Assembly (NCBI GenBank): GCA_038087875.1
Contig: CM075990.1
Location: 9,424,001 to 9,488,000 of the forward strand
DNA length: 64,000 bases
Origin: Malacoraja senta
Taxonomy: Eukaryota
Reading direction: 5' to 3'
Each line of letters opens with the position of its first letter. The stretch's first letter is position 1. The notes beneath the pieces are model-generated. The model saw only the letters and a list, made by a program, of their open reading frames with translations, ran no database searches and was not told the DNA's origin. Below are positions 14,755 to 27,597 of the stretch, in pieces. The translations under genes and the position numbers were made by a program.

Positions 14755-15386
14755 AATGGAAGGAAGCAGAGGGTGATGGTGGAAGGTTGCTTCTAGGCCT
14801 GTGACTAGTGGTGTGCCTCAGGGTTCGGTGCTGGGCCTGTTACTGTTTGTCATCTACATCAATGATTTGGATGAGAACATACAGGGCAAGATTAGCAAGT
14901 TTGCTGATGATACAAAAGTGAGTGGTTTTGCAGATAATGAAGATGGTTGTGAAATATTGCAGCATGATCTGGATCGATTAGCCAGGTAGGCGGAGGAATG
15001 GTTGATGGAATTTAATACAGAAAAGTGTGAGGTGTTGCATTTTGGGACATCGAACAAGGGCAGGACCTACACAGTAAATGGTAGGCCTCTGGGTAGTGTT
15101 GTAGAGCAGAGGGATCTAGGAGTACAGGTGCACGGTTCCTTGAAGGTCGAGTCGCAGGAAGATAAAGTGGTCAAAAAGGTCTTTGGCACTTTGGCCTTCA
15201 TCAGTCAGAGTATTGAGTATAGGAGTTGGGAGGTCATGTTGCAGTAGTATAAGACGTTGGTGAGACCGCATTTAGAATATTGTATACGGTTCGGGGCACC
15301 ATGTTATAGGAAAGATATTGTCAAGCTGAAAGGGTTCAGAAAAGATTTGCTAGGATGTTGCCAGGACTAGAGGGTGTGAGCTATAG
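14755..15386 (+). mobile_element. CR1 LINE, 5' part of a copy split by a TIR element
   Basis: GVPQGSVLG and FADDTK motifs; breaks at GLEGVSY and resumes at 19321 as YRERLKRLG. Confidence 0.92.
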
Positions 15387-15769
15387 CAGGGCTGCCAACT
15401 CTCACGCTTTCAGCGTGAGAATCACGCCTTGGAGCAAATTCTCACGCCCTCACGCTCATGACCGAGTTCTCACGCTGAGTTCAGTCACTGCACAGTTTGT
15501 CCCTTTGCGCCGCGTGCCAGGGATCTGCATGGTCTGGCGAAGCACGTTGGTTGACGGCTGTGAGTGACGTCGCGTCTCTTCTCTCTTGGTTGGATGTGCA
15601 GCCGCCGGGTGTCAGCAGCTCTATGTGCCGGCTGTGAGTGCTGCGCTGTCGGCCGCCGCTGCAGCCTTGCTCCCTCCCTCCCTCCCTCCTGCCCTTCAAC
15701 TCACACGGCAGCGCCAGCGCCGCCAATCCACGCTGCACCGTGCCCGCCAGACTCCCCATTGGGCGGCCG

Positions 15770-16370
15770 GGGAGAGAGAGGGAGGGGGGAAAGAGAGAGA
15801 GAGGGAAAGAAAAAAAGGGATGGAGGGGTGGGGGAAGGAAAGCGAGACAAGGGGAGGGAATGTAGAAAGGGGATGAAGGAAGGAAAGGAGAAAGTGGAGA
15901 AAGAGGGAGGGAGGGGGAGGAAAGAGGGAAGGATGGGGGTAGGAGGGAGGAAGGGGTGGATGGAGGGAGGGGGAAGAAAAGGTGTGTGTGTGCTTGTGTG
16001 TCTGTCTCCCTGTGTGTGTCTCCTTGTGTGTGTATGTGTGCCTCCCTGTGTGTGTCTCCTTGTGTGTGTGTGTCTCCCTGTGTGTGTGTCTCCCTATGTG
16101 TGTGTGTCTCCCTGTGTGTGTGTGTCTCCGTGTGTGTGTCTGCTTGTGTGTGTGCGTGTCTGTGTGTCTCCCTGTGTGTCTCCCTGTGTGTGTATCTCCC
16201 CGTGTTTGTTGTTTGTCTCCCTGTGTGTGTGCGTGTCTGTGTCGCCATGTGTGTGTGCGTGTGTTCGTGTGCACGTGTGCGTGTGCGTGTGCGCATGCGT
16301 GTGTGTGTGTGTGTGTGTGTGTCTTTGTGTATGTGTTCCTTTGTGTATGTGTCTCCCTGTGTGTCTGTTG
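15770..16370. repeat. Purine-rich low-complexity tract followed by a degenerate (GT)n/(GTGTCTCCCT)n microsatellite
   Basis: Directly visible; it generates the spurious C/V- and H/T-rich ORFs. Confidence 0.95.
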
Positions 16371-17329
16371 TCACATCCTGGCCTTAGACAGGGCTGCCAA
16401 CTCTCACGCTTTGAGCGTGAGAGTCACGAATTTCAGCCAATTCTCACGCTGTCTTCAGTCCCTGCACAGTTTGTCTCTTTTGCGCCACATCACAGCGATC
16501 TGTGCAGTCTGGGGAAGCGCGTCAGTTGGCGGCTGTGAGTGACGTCGCATCTCTTCTCTTCTCTTTTTTCTTGGTTGGATGTGCAGCCGCCGACAACATG
16601 AAGCAGCCGGAGATAGAACTAACCAGGTGAATTGGTTGTAAAACATGGGGGGACCACAATGAGGCCAAACATCTAGGACAGGGTTCGGCAACCTACGGCA
16701 CACGGGCCGAATCCGGCCCATAACCCGAAAAAACGCGTTTTTTTCAATTCGTTTTCACGGGGTCGGGGCAGGCAAGCCGACCTGAGAACTGCAGCCAGTC
16801 CCTGGGACGCGAGCTGATCTGGGAACGGCAACCAGTCCCTGAGCACGCAGAATGCCAACTTGATCATTATGGACAAATTGGGCCAGCCATGTACATGTTG
16901 TATAACTCTGACTCTATGCAGATCTGAATGGGCTTAGTATGACCATTTAAGCAAAATTGCCCTCACTTTCCCCATTTTGATTCTTGAGATTAATATCCCT
17001 TTGCTCTGTTAACAGCGTTAAAGTACTTATGAGGTAGAGTCAGGAAAGGGAACATGTTATTTTCTTTTAGTTTGCTTTAATTTGTTAGTTGATTTTTTGT
17101 TGACTGCCATAATTTCTGAAATGGTCTTAATGTAACTTAACTGTTATAAAGCAGTAATAAGTGATTTTTGCCCAAACAATTGGAACTTGCATAAAATGTT
17201 TGCATTATTAGCAGGGCTGCCAACTCTCACGCATTTAGCGTGAGACTCACGCATTTCAAAAAACTCTCATGTTCTCCGCTGATCACAAAATTATATACCG
17301 TGAATAGGACCTGTTTTGCTTAACAAATA

Positions 17330-17460
17330 GTGTAGGAAGGAATTGCAGATGCTGGTTTAAACTGAAGATAGACACTAAAAACTAGAAAAACTCAGCAGGA
17401 CAGGCAGCATCTCTGGAGAGAAAGAATGGGTGATATTTTGAGTCGAGACCTTCAGCCTGA
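17330..17460 (-). mobile_element. Penelope terminal-repeat-derived short element
   Basis: gtaggaaggaattgcagatgctgg...aactcagcaggacaggcagcatctctggag matches the end of the Penelope copy at 42244. Confidence 0.7.
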
Positions 17461-17598
17461 AGAGGTTGAAAACCAGCCATAACACACACAATGACTGGAC
17501 ATGTGTGTTATCCAACTAAGGGCAGAAATCAGAATCATGTGTTCATCTTTATTCCCGTGACACCATAATAAATATATTACAGAAAAAAATAATTTAAT

Positions 17599-17805
17599 GG
17601 GGTGGCACGGTGGCGCAGTGGTAGAGTTGCTGCCTTACTACCACATGGGTTTTCTCTGGATAATCCGGTTTCTCCCATATCCGAAAGAAGTGCAGGTTTG
17701 TCGGTTAATTGGCTTCTGTAAATTGTCCCTGGCGTGATGGATGGAATTGGTGTATGATAGATTGCTGGTCGGTGTGGACTTTGTGGGCGGAAGGGCCTGT
17801 TTCCA
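17599..17805 (+). mobile_element. HE1-like tRNA-derived SINE (internally deleted)
   Basis: tRNA-like head ggcacggtggcgcagtggtagagttgctgcc; CR1-derived tail gaagggcctgtttcca. Confidence 0.8.
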
Positions 17806-17905
17806 TATATATTTTTACATATATATCTTAATTTCATTGAACCATATATGATTGAATATGTGGCATTATTTTCGTCTTGTTTCTATATTCAAAGGGTAAG
17901 GTTGA

Positions 17906-18039
17906 AACCGTCTGAAGAAGGGTTTTGGACCGAAACGTTGCCTATTTCCTTCGCTCCATAGATGCTGCCGCACCCGCTGAGTTTCTCCAGCAATTTTGTC
18001 TACCTTCGATTCTCCAGCATCTGTAGTTCCTTCTTGAAC
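17906..18039 (+). mobile_element. Solo Penelope terminal-repeat insertion with a hammerhead-like core
   Basis: Matches 49500-49595; flanked by the direct repeat aaggttga (17898-17905 and 18040-18047). Confidence 0.75.
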
Positions 18040-18171
18040 AAGGTTGATTGATTTATTTGTGCAGAACAGTGATGGAAGTCCGACTTTTGCTTTGTTTCTC
18101 TGAGTTTTTCTCTATATATATACATAACAGCATGAATATAATCTGATTTCCATATATGAATATAGTCATTC

Positions 18172-19025
18172 ATACAATACAATATAATACAATTTATTTG
18201 TCATTTGGACCCCATTGAGGTCCAAACGAAATGTCGTTTCTGCAGCCATACATTACAAAACAAAGAAGACCCGAGACACAACACAATTTACACATACATC
18301 CATCACAGCGCTGTGATGGAAGGCAAAAAAAACGTATCTCTCCACTGCACTCCCCCCCCCCCGATGTCAGAGTCAAAGTCCCCGACGGGCGATGGTGATT
18401 GTCCCGCGGCCATTAAAGCCACGCCGGGTAATGCAAGGTCGCGCACCGGGTCTTGGTGTTAGAGCCCCGGCGTGCGCTCGCAAAGTCCCGCGGCCATTCC
18501 AAGCCGCGCGGGGCGATGATGTAAAGCCCCGCTCCAGGTGCTCTTCAACCCCGCAACTCGGGCGGGAGAAGTCGCCGCTGCAGAAGCCCCGAAAAGCGGT
18601 CTCCCACCAGGGACCCGCGGGCTTCCGGTGTTGCCGTCCGCCAGACCCGCGGTTGTAGCCTCCGAATCTCCGGGGGTCGGGTCGCAGCAGCGCTCCACCA
18701 CAGCTCCACCCGCTCCGGACTCGGCCAGCCCCGTGACGGTGAGTAGTCCGCAGCTCCACAACTGGAGCCCCAGGTAGTTCCTGCTGGAGGCTGCTCCACG
18801 TTGCCCAGCCCCAACGACAACGGAGACCCGACAAAGAAAAGGTCGGGTCTCCCGTGCAGGGGAAAGATTTTAAAGTTTTTTCCCCCCCCCCACCCCTACA
18901 TACATACCCCGACAAAAAAATTTTTTTTTTTAAATAATAAAAACTACATAAAAACGAGACAAAAATAATAAAAAGAGATGGACTGCAGAGGCCACTGCTG
19001 ATGAGAGTCGCGCCGCCCACCAACT
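18172..19025 (-). mobile_element. GC-rich non-coding retroelement with a Rex-like tail (same group as 21045 and 37045)
   Basis: Tail ...atgacaaataaattgtattgtatt on the minus strand; shares the gccttccatcacag..gtgatggatg block with 21540 and 37550. Confidence 0.65.
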
Positions 19026-19320
19026 ATTCATGTGCTGCACCTGTTGATCAGAGCCTGGCTCTATTCTGGAATGTAATTAGGAATGTAATTTAGCCTAACC
19101 TTATTCATACCTAATCCAATTTAATGCATAAATGTTGCATTCAAATGCAAGTTAAAAGACTCGCTACAGTATGCACCGGATTGCACAATTTCAAGCTGAA
19201 AAATGCAAAAGCTCCCTACCATGGGAGGGGGAACACCCTCCCCCCCCCCCCCCCCCCCCCGGTCGCTACGCTCCCTCACAATTTCTCACTCTCAACTCTC
19301 ACCCAATGTTGGCAGCCCTG

Positions 19321-19760
19321 GCTATAGGGAGAGGTTGAAGAGGCTGGGTCATTATTCCATGGAGTGCAGGAGGATGAGGGGGAATCTTATAGAGGTGTAC
19401 AAAATCATGAGAGGGATAGATCGGGTAGATGCACAGAGTCTCTTGCCCAGAATAGGGGAATCGAGGACCAGAGGACAAAGGTTCAAGGTGAAGGGGAAAA
19501 GATTTAATAGGAATCCGAGGGGTAACTTTTTCACACAAAGGGTGGCGGGTGTATGGAACCAGCTGCCAGAGGAAGTAGTTGAGGCTGGGACTATCCCATC
19601 GTTTAAGAAACAGTTAAACAGGTGCATGGATAGGACAGATTTGGAGGGATATGGACCAAGCGCAGGCAAGTGGGACTAGTGTAGCTGGGACATTGTTGGC
19701 CGGTGTGGGCAAGTTGGGCCGAAGGGCCTGTTTCCACACTGTATCACTCTATGACTCTAT
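19321..19760 (+). mobile_element. CR1 LINE 3' part (continuation of 14755-15386)
   Basis: RGNLIEVYKIMRG...FFTQRV motifs; tail ctctatgactctat. Confidence 0.92.
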
Positions 19761-19834
19761 AATACACGAGCTTAACTTTTGCCTTGATACTCATATTGTG
19801 TTGTAAAATTGAGCTAACCTGACATAAAAACAGA

Positions 19835-20360
19835 AAATGGAAAATGCTGGAGAAACAAACTAGGCCAGGCAGCATCTGTGGAAAGAGAAATTGTTAATGT
19901 TTCAGGTGAGGAACCTTCATCAGACATGAGACAGAAGCAAGTTAGTTAGTGTGGGTGGAACAACGTTTCTCTGATAAAGAGAAGTAATATGGCAGGGGCG
20001 TCAGATCAGCAACATATTACCTCATCGTCAGAGCTTATGTAGTCTGGCATACTGGGACATACCCAGCATGCCAGACTAGTCGTAATGATCCGCATGTTCA
20101 GCATGCTGTCCCACGTATTAACATTAACAACACATTACACAGACCACAAAGCTTAACATGCAGAGAACTGTTGGCCTGAAGCCATTTTGATTTATCTTAT
20201 CATAGTTGTCCCCTTTGGTTAGCATATCCCACCCAACCATCTCTCCTACTTCTATTGCCTCTTTCCCAGTTCTGATGAATGTTGCTTCCATGAAATGTTA
20301 ATTCTTTCCCTTTCCACAGATGCTGCCAGAACTGCTGAGAATTTCCAGCACTTTCTGTAT
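19835..20360. mobile_element. Old inverted pair of Penelope-derived terminal repeats
   Basis: aaatgctggagaaac..gcagcatctgtggaaag at 19842-19885 is inverted at 20310-20352; CTGATGA cores on both strands (19917-19923 minus, 20272-20278 plus). Confidence 0.6.
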
Positions 20361-21044
20361 TTAGTTTAGTTTAGGGATATGGTATTGAAACAAGATATTT
20401 GGTCCACCATGCTAACCATCCATTACACATTCACACTACTGCTATGTTATCCCACTTTCTCATCCCCTCAACATCTATTTCAGATTTCCAGAATGCATAA
20501 CACATCTGACAACAAATATGTGGGGGGCGGAGATTGAAGTTTCATTGAGTTGTGCCAAAGAAATACATGACCATAAAATTTTGCATTTTTAGTTTGTTCT
20601 AGTCTCCTGTGAATATTTGCATAAACACATGGTTATACATGAGAAAAGCCTCTAATTTTTGAATTTGATTACAATGGTGCTTGTGTAAACCACTAATTGC
20701 ATTAAATTTATTTTATCCTTTCACTGCGTGTTAATAACAAACATTGCAATAAATTATACTTTCCTCTGGATCCGTATATGTAATCAACTCCAACCACAGA
20801 TACTATTTACATTGCCTAACTTTGTCTGGAATATCGCTTTCTTTACCATCCAAAAATCAACGTGCAACAATTTAGTCGACACAATTTTTCCATTTGCATC
20901 CTGTTTGTCTGCCCATAGACGATAGACTGTCTACAGTTTTAGACTTTACTTTAGACTTCAGAGATACAGCATGGAAACAGGGCCTTTGGCCCACCGAGTC
21001 CGCGCTGACCAGCGATCACCCTGTATACTTGCACTATCTTCCAG

Positions 21045-21695
21045 GTTGCTCCAGCAATGGCTGCTTTGCCAACAGTCTGTCTGTCCTTTCCTTCTTTGTG
21101 TTTTAATTGTATGTGTTAAATGTGTGTTTTTAGTGTTCTTTAGCTTGTTTTATGTAGGGAGTGGAGGTTGGGGGAAACTTTTTCTAATCTCTTACCTCGA
21201 CGGAGATGCAATTTTTTTCCGTATCGTATCTCTGTCCGCACTGCAGCCTAACATCGAGGAATTGGCGGCCTCTGCTGGAGATCGACCAGGAGCTCCATCG
21301 CAGAAGCCTGCGGACTTACCATCGCGGAGCTCGCGATCCCCTTCCCAGGGGTCGACCTCGGAGTACAAAATGTACGGACTTAACATCACGGAGCCCGTGG
21401 TCTCTAGTCAGAGACCGACTTCGGAACTCCAAGCCGCGGGAGTTTTGAATGCCCGACGCGGGAGTTTCGATCGCCCAGACACGGGAGTTTCGATTGCCCC
21501 GACAGCGGGAGAATAAAGAGGAAGAAGATTGGACTTTTTTGCCTTCCATCACAGTGAGTAATGTGGGGAATCCGCTGTGGTGGATGTTTATGTTAACATT
21601 TATGTCGTTTTCTTTCTTGTTGCTTTTTTTTCGTGTGGCTGTATAGTAATTCACCTTAATTGGTATATGTGACAATAAAAGACCTTTGAAACCTT
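21045..21695 (+). mobile_element. GC-rich non-coding retroelement with a Rex-like tail
   Basis: Highly similar to 37045-37715; internal repeats gggagtttcgatcgccc; ends gtgacaataaaagacctttgaaacc. Confidence 0.75.
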
Positions 21696-22402
21696 AGATT
21701 CAGTTGCTGAGGCTCTTACTGTTTTACAAAACACAAGACTAAAATTTTTGAGGTGCCAAAAATGTGTTGTAATCTGGTTCCGTGAAAACCCATGCAATGA
21801 TGAATAAAGTGGTATGGTAAAACATATGTTGAGTTTCCTTTCATCAAAATTATTTTCTTTCACTGCTGAAACTAAAATTTATTCTCCTCAGTACATCTAC
21901 AATTACATTTCAGCAAAATATAAGCAACCTTCGGGCAAGCCCGGCGTCTTAATGGCTTGTAGAGCTACAATGCAATTTTCCCAGGTTTCTGATTTCTCAA
22001 ATAAACTCATCAGTTTGCTGTAAATTATTCTAGGTAACAAACTGAACATTAATGCATGAGTAATTTTTCTAATCTTCAAACTACAGTTGCAATAAAAAGG
22101 AATGCTGTTGTTGTGCATGACTCAATTAATAATGTCAGAGTAAGAAAATAAACAGCTGCTCAATATCAACTTGCACTTGGTAATTATTGGTGTACCTGCG
22201 CACACAGTTGGCTTGATTATATTTTCATTTGTCGACTTACAAAATAAGATCTAGAATTATTGTGCCCCTCCACAACATAAACAGTTGGCCAAGAAATTCC
22301 TTTTCACAGCTTCAAAATGTACTGTGCAGTTGACAGTGAGCCACCACATTGAATATATGGTGAAAGGACACCCACAAAGCTATTAAACAGAAGATTTTAG
22401 GG

Positions 22403-22716
22403 TTTTAGTTTAGAGATACAGCGCGGAGACAGGCCCTTCGGCCCACCAGGTCACGCCGACCAGCGATCACTGCACATTAACACTATCCTACACACACTAA
22501 TGACAATTTTTACATTTACCAAGCCTATTAACCTACAAACCTGTACGTCTTTGGAGTGTGGGAGGAAAACGGAGTACTTCGAGAAAACCCACGCTGGTCA
22601 TGGGGAGAACATACAAACTCCGTACAGACAGTACCCGTAATCGGGATCAAACCTGGGTCTCCAGCGCTGCATTCACTGTAAGGCAGCAACTCTACCGCTG
22701 CGCCACCGTGACCGCC
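22403..22716 (-). mobile_element. Full-length HE1-like SINE
   Basis: Minus-strand head ggcggtcacggtggcgcagcggtagagttgctgcc with a B-box-like ggtttgatccc; (taaac)-type tail. Confidence 0.85.
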
Positions 22717-22719
22717 TAA

Positions 22720-24561
22720 AAGGGCTGTCTCACTGTGCGAGTTGACCCACGAGTGACCCCGAGTTTAAAACAAATTTAACTCATGGTAATCACGTACAAT
22801 TAACGTAGCGGGAACGTTGAAACTCGTGGACGCAACTTAGCGACTCTTGGCGCTAACGGGAGGTACACGTGAAACTTGTTAACTCTTGCAAAAGTTCAAA
22901 CATGTTTGTACTTTTCCACGAGTAAAATGTACTCTTGAGGTTAAAATTTGAAACATTTTAAACTCGTTGTAAGAACCTAGTGGCCCGTGCGTTTAACTTT
23001 GTGACTCGTGAGTCTACCGTGGGAACTCTTTTTAGAAACAATAATCAGGGACAGAAATATCAGCTACTTAGACTTTTTAAAGACAAATTCTGCTTAACAA
23101 AGTTAAGCAAGTTATTGATAAGGTGACAGAGTGGGTTGAAAAGAAAAAAATTGCTTGAAGTTTATATATAAATTTGTGTTGTGTTGAAAAGCTTTTTGCT
23201 GATCCGTTTGATTCTCACTGTTTGTTTACTTCATTGCACAATAAAAGAGAGTTCTTTGCTATCAAGATCAAATTGATGTCTGGAAGTCTTCATTTTAATA
23301 TCACTGCAAAGTCTCATGACTTGAATGTAATATTCCTTTCATCATAAAACACAAAATAGAGGAAGGCAAAATATATTCACATCTTGATTCTCACAATCAT
23401 TTGTGAGATTTAAGGACTCAACTGCCTCATATGCTGTGCTTTTTAAATGTTTAAAATTGTCACCTCTCAGTAGATCAGAAAATAAGACAAAGTCTTATGT
23501 GAAACAAATGTCTTGAATGTGAAACAAAGTCTTTATTCTTGTTCAATATAAAAAACGCTTTTTTGCGCATATTGAGAAATATGCGTAATTTCCTGCAAAC
23601 CCATATCACGGTGAAGCACCACAGCAAACAACACAGTGGTCTGAAAAAGGGCTTCTCATACATGAAAATCAACAAATGAAGCACAAATAAAAGTATTTCC
23701 ACTATATACTAATTCAGCTGAGAAATGCACTAGTCTAAATTCAGGCAATAAAAGATACAATGCAATGCGCTAAATGACAAGTTTTGAGATCTACACTCAA
23801 ATAAGCAGATGCATGATAACCACGTTTTAAAGGAAAGACAGATGCAATGAAATTACTTTTACACCACAATAAAAAATAAAATCCACACTTAAAGTTAAAC
23901 AATGAAAAGTCAGCAGGATTTAAACTAAACATGAAATTAACTGGATTTTTCTGCATGTGGGCTCTCCTCATGCAGTGATGTACATGTGGTCGGCAGCCGC
24001 TCAAAATAAGCTGTCCTGCCATGGCACACTGCCCAATTCTGAATTATAGTAGGAGCAGAGATGGTCTCTCTGCTCTTTTGCACTGTTGGTCCCCGTGTTA
24101 CCTCGAAAACACTGCAGTGGCACCAAAGTCTCGTCGTTTGTACCACTCCTCCACGCACCTAGTGTTATTCTCCCTGTTTGACTGTCCACTAAGTCACCAT
24201 CCTGCATGGCTGTTGCTGATCCTGAAGCTGCACCTCTGATACGGATCAGGTTGTGCAGAACACATGCAGCAAACACAATAGTCTCTACGTTCTTTGGCTG
24301 GCATGACATCATTTTTTTTAACATGTGATGATTTTTCAACACTTCGATATACATTGTTGCCTCAAGATTAACGGGAGAGGAACTTGGTACACTCGGGAGA
24401 CGAACTTGGAACATCGCAGAAATGAGAAGTAAACGTCAAACTTAGACATACCCGTGGGAACTCGGTTAAACTCTGGATCATAAACTTGTAGTCTCGTACG
24501 CAACCACGAGTCTTTCACTCGGGGTCTCTCGTGGGTCAACTCGCACAGTGAGACAGACCTT
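22720..24561 (-). mobile_element. Internally deleted PIF/Harbinger transposon
   Basis: 33-bp TIRs with one mismatch (agggctgtctcactgtgcgagttgacccacgag); TAA and TTA flanks; contains a Harbinger transposase C-terminus. Confidence 0.88.
24001..24330 (-). pseudogene. Harbinger (DDE_Tnp_4/HARBI1-like) transposase C-terminal remnant
   Basis: KNVETIVFAACVLHNLIR...AKEQRDHLCSYYNSELGSVPWQ, the typical ACxxLHN / RD..F..GSVPWQ C-terminus. Confidence 0.85.
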
Positions 24562-24904
24562 TTAGACTTTTAAGACTTTGAGTTTTAAGATTTTGATCGA
24601 CAACAATGAAGGTATTGCAAAGTCAGGATGGCATGCAAGTTGGAGGTATTTGGAATAGTTGGTGATCAATGCACTTGCAGATCTTGGCTTTCTAGTTAGT
24701 AGAAATTGTGACCTTGGGAGATGCTGGACAGAATTATTTTGTCTAATCTCACAGAATTCAATTTTAGTACGTATCTTTCGTAACATAAATATAACAGCTT
24801 GGCCACAAGCACAGTTGGTCCTTAAGAAATCTTCACATTGCAACCAAAATGTTGCTGAGATGATAGACTTTGTTATATTTACTAAAGTCAACCATTTCAG
24901 ATAT

Positions 24905-25452
24905 TAGAAACAAAGAACTGCAGATACAGGTTTACAAAAAAAGACTTGAAGTGCTGGAGTAATTCAGCTGGTCAGCAGCATCTCTACAGAACATGGATAT
25001 GTGAACTTTTGGTTCCTTCTTAAGACTGATTGTGGGGGGGAGGGGTGAAGAGACAGGACTAAGCCTGACAAGTAATCGGTGGGTAGAGGCGAGGGATATT
25101 TTTTGATTGTCAAATGGTTGGACAAAGGCCAGAGATGAAAAGCCACATTGTCCGGCCTTTGTCCAGCCATCAGCTATCAAACTCCACCCTCCCCTTCCCT
25201 TCACCTGTATCCATATATTACCCCCCCCCCCCCCCCCGCCCCCCACCACCAGGACAATCAGTCTGAAGAATGTTCCCAACCCAAATTATTATCTGTCCAC
25301 AGATAAACACAAAATGCTGGAGTAACTCAGCGGGATAGGCAGCATCTATAGAGAGAAGGAATGGGTGACATTTTGGATTGAGACTCTTGTATCTGTCCAT
25401 GGTCTGCAAAGATGCTGCCTGACCTGCTGAGTTACTCCAGCATTTGTGCCTT
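24905..25452. mobile_element. Cluster of Penelope terminal-repeat-derived elements in opposing orientations
   Basis: tgctggagtaactcagc (25315) is inverted as gctgagttactccagca (25426); degenerate ctgaagaa core at 25263. Confidence 0.65.
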
Positions 25453-27597
25453 TTACTTTCATTTCAGATATTATATGGACAACTGGCTGATTGGCTGATA
25501 ACTTAAACCCTTTAGCATGACTGAGATGGATCATTTGTGTACAGCGCTTCCAGTTGAAGATTGTTGTGAACATTTCAGCCAGGTCTTTTGCACTGAGGCT
25601 AGATTTTGCCACTATTGAGATGGGGATGATTATGCAGCCTCCTCCTCACTGGCAGGTTGCTTCACTATCCACCACATCACCACAGGAAGGGATAGAACTT
25701 GATACCATCTGCCATTTGTCAGTTTACTTAGCTCTGTTCATAGACTGTTGCTTACATTGCTTAGTCACAATAGAATGACAAATCATTCCTATGTAAGCTG
25801 AGACACGACATAGAGTCTTAGAGAGTCATAGAACAAAACCACTCCATAATCAAAGGCGTAGTACTGAATTAAAGGGACTTTGGCCAACCATTACTTTAAT
25901 CTTTCCCCTCATGTATGAAAATCTTGTGTGCACTGATTAATAACTGCTCAAAGCAGCATATCCAAATTAAGGACCAAAATAAGCAAATTACATCGCCTTG
26001 CTCCCTAACACATTGTATTTGAATGCAATGCAATGCACTGCATAATGCCCTCAATTTTAAAATGTCACATTTTCGATTTTTATTTTTATGGATTTGCATT
26101 GGTAAATCTCTCACTGTACAAGGGTCTCATTTTGTTTGCACTAATTATCTCTGACTAATAGCTGCAGATAATTATTTTCAGGTATAAGTGCATAGCGCAA
26201 AGTGGTAAATCAGATTAAGAAAGCAGTTTAAAAAAAATCAATGTTATAGAGATATGAAGTACAAGAGCAAGGAAGCTACAATGAATCATAATAAAGCACT
26301 AGCTCATCCACTTGCAGAGAATTCTACCCATCTGGTCACGATACTTTAGGAAGGATGTGAAGATATTCAAAAGGAAACGCAAGATATTTAACAGTGATTC
26401 CAATAAGCAGATAATTAATTCATTGAACTGACGAGATTATGACGAGATTCAAGAGAGAAAGTAAAGATCATGAGGGCTATGGAAAAAGTAGAAAAAAATG
26501 CTAAGAGGCTAGCAAAAGAACCTACGTAAGTGAGAAAACAATTGTTTTCACAAGGTTTTTGAATGAAATGAATAATGGTGAAGGTAGATTTAATTTCTGT
26601 GTTCAAAACGGAACTAGGTATGTAGTTGAAAATAAAGAATTTGCTGGCCTATGGGGAGAGGACAAGAAAGTGGGATTGTTCAAATCTTGTTCAGTGCGAA
26701 CTTGACTGGTCAAATGGCAAATCAACTTATCCCAGCTGCATTTGAATTGTTTACATTTACCAACAAATTGCAAAACAGTCTATATTTCAAGTGATATCCG
26801 AAAAATCTTGTCTTGACATTGTGATGATGATGACAAAAATCTTGTCATCACAATCAACAATTACTGTGAAAATTTTAAAAGTTACAAATACACATTTTAT
26901 TCACCATAAGTACGGTAATTACTGTGGAGTTCCTCAGCAATACCTGCTTTTGCCACTGGGTGGCAGAATTAAGTACTTTAAAATGTTAAATGGTTGCCCC
27001 ATGTTGATCGGTAATTTTATATAAGCATCAAAATGCATAAATACAAAACATATAAACGTATATATACACATTTAAGTCATTGATATCTATGAATGCCTAT
27101 TGTTATGTATGTGTTTTATATCTTTGAACTCAGATCCTGGGTTAAAAAAAGGTTGTGAGTTCTATTTACTGTTTGAAGAGACTTTAAATTGACCTAACCC
27201 CCTATCCCTGCTCGAACTCAGATCTCTGCATGTAATCATATCCTTACAACCAAATAGTCCCCAGAAATCAAGTCTAAACACAGAATTTAAAACAATAATT
27301 CACAAAAGGTACTGGAGCACAAAAGCATTCTGTAACCAGACTCCAATGCAAACCAAGCATGAAAGAGATTTAAAGAAAGATCTGAAAGAGATTTAAGAAC
27401 CTAAATCCGTAAAAGAAAAAACTTGCTCTCAAAATAACTTCCCTCATGAGGGTGGGTGAGTATGAATGAATAAATGTGAGGGTGTGCGCTCCTGTGCTGA
27501 GCTCTATGCAGGAGAATATGCAAGAACTTTTAAAGATCGTCTTTCACTTTAGTAAAAGTGATCATTTTGGCATTGCCTATATCAATTTTTTTTAAGA

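Larger units (their letters stand above)
15387..19320. mobile_element. Composite non-autonomous TIR (hAT-like) element with nested repeats
   Basis: TIR CAGGGCTGCCAAC / GTTGGCAGCCCTG; GCTATAG duplicated on both sides; interrupts a collinear CR1. Confidence 0.85.

Noticed and set aside
15481-16542. Long overlapping ORFs (up to 324 aa) rich in C/V or H/T
   Set aside because: Artifacts of the (GT)n microsatellite and purine tract, which lack stop codons
18373-19023. 216-aa ORF and CpG-rich region as a gene or promoter
   Set aside because: Part of a dispersed repeat with relatives at 21045 and 37045; no protein motif
22680-22716. tRNA-like sequence (also at 17599, 48000 and 61215)
   Set aside because: SINE heads; no complete cloverleaf
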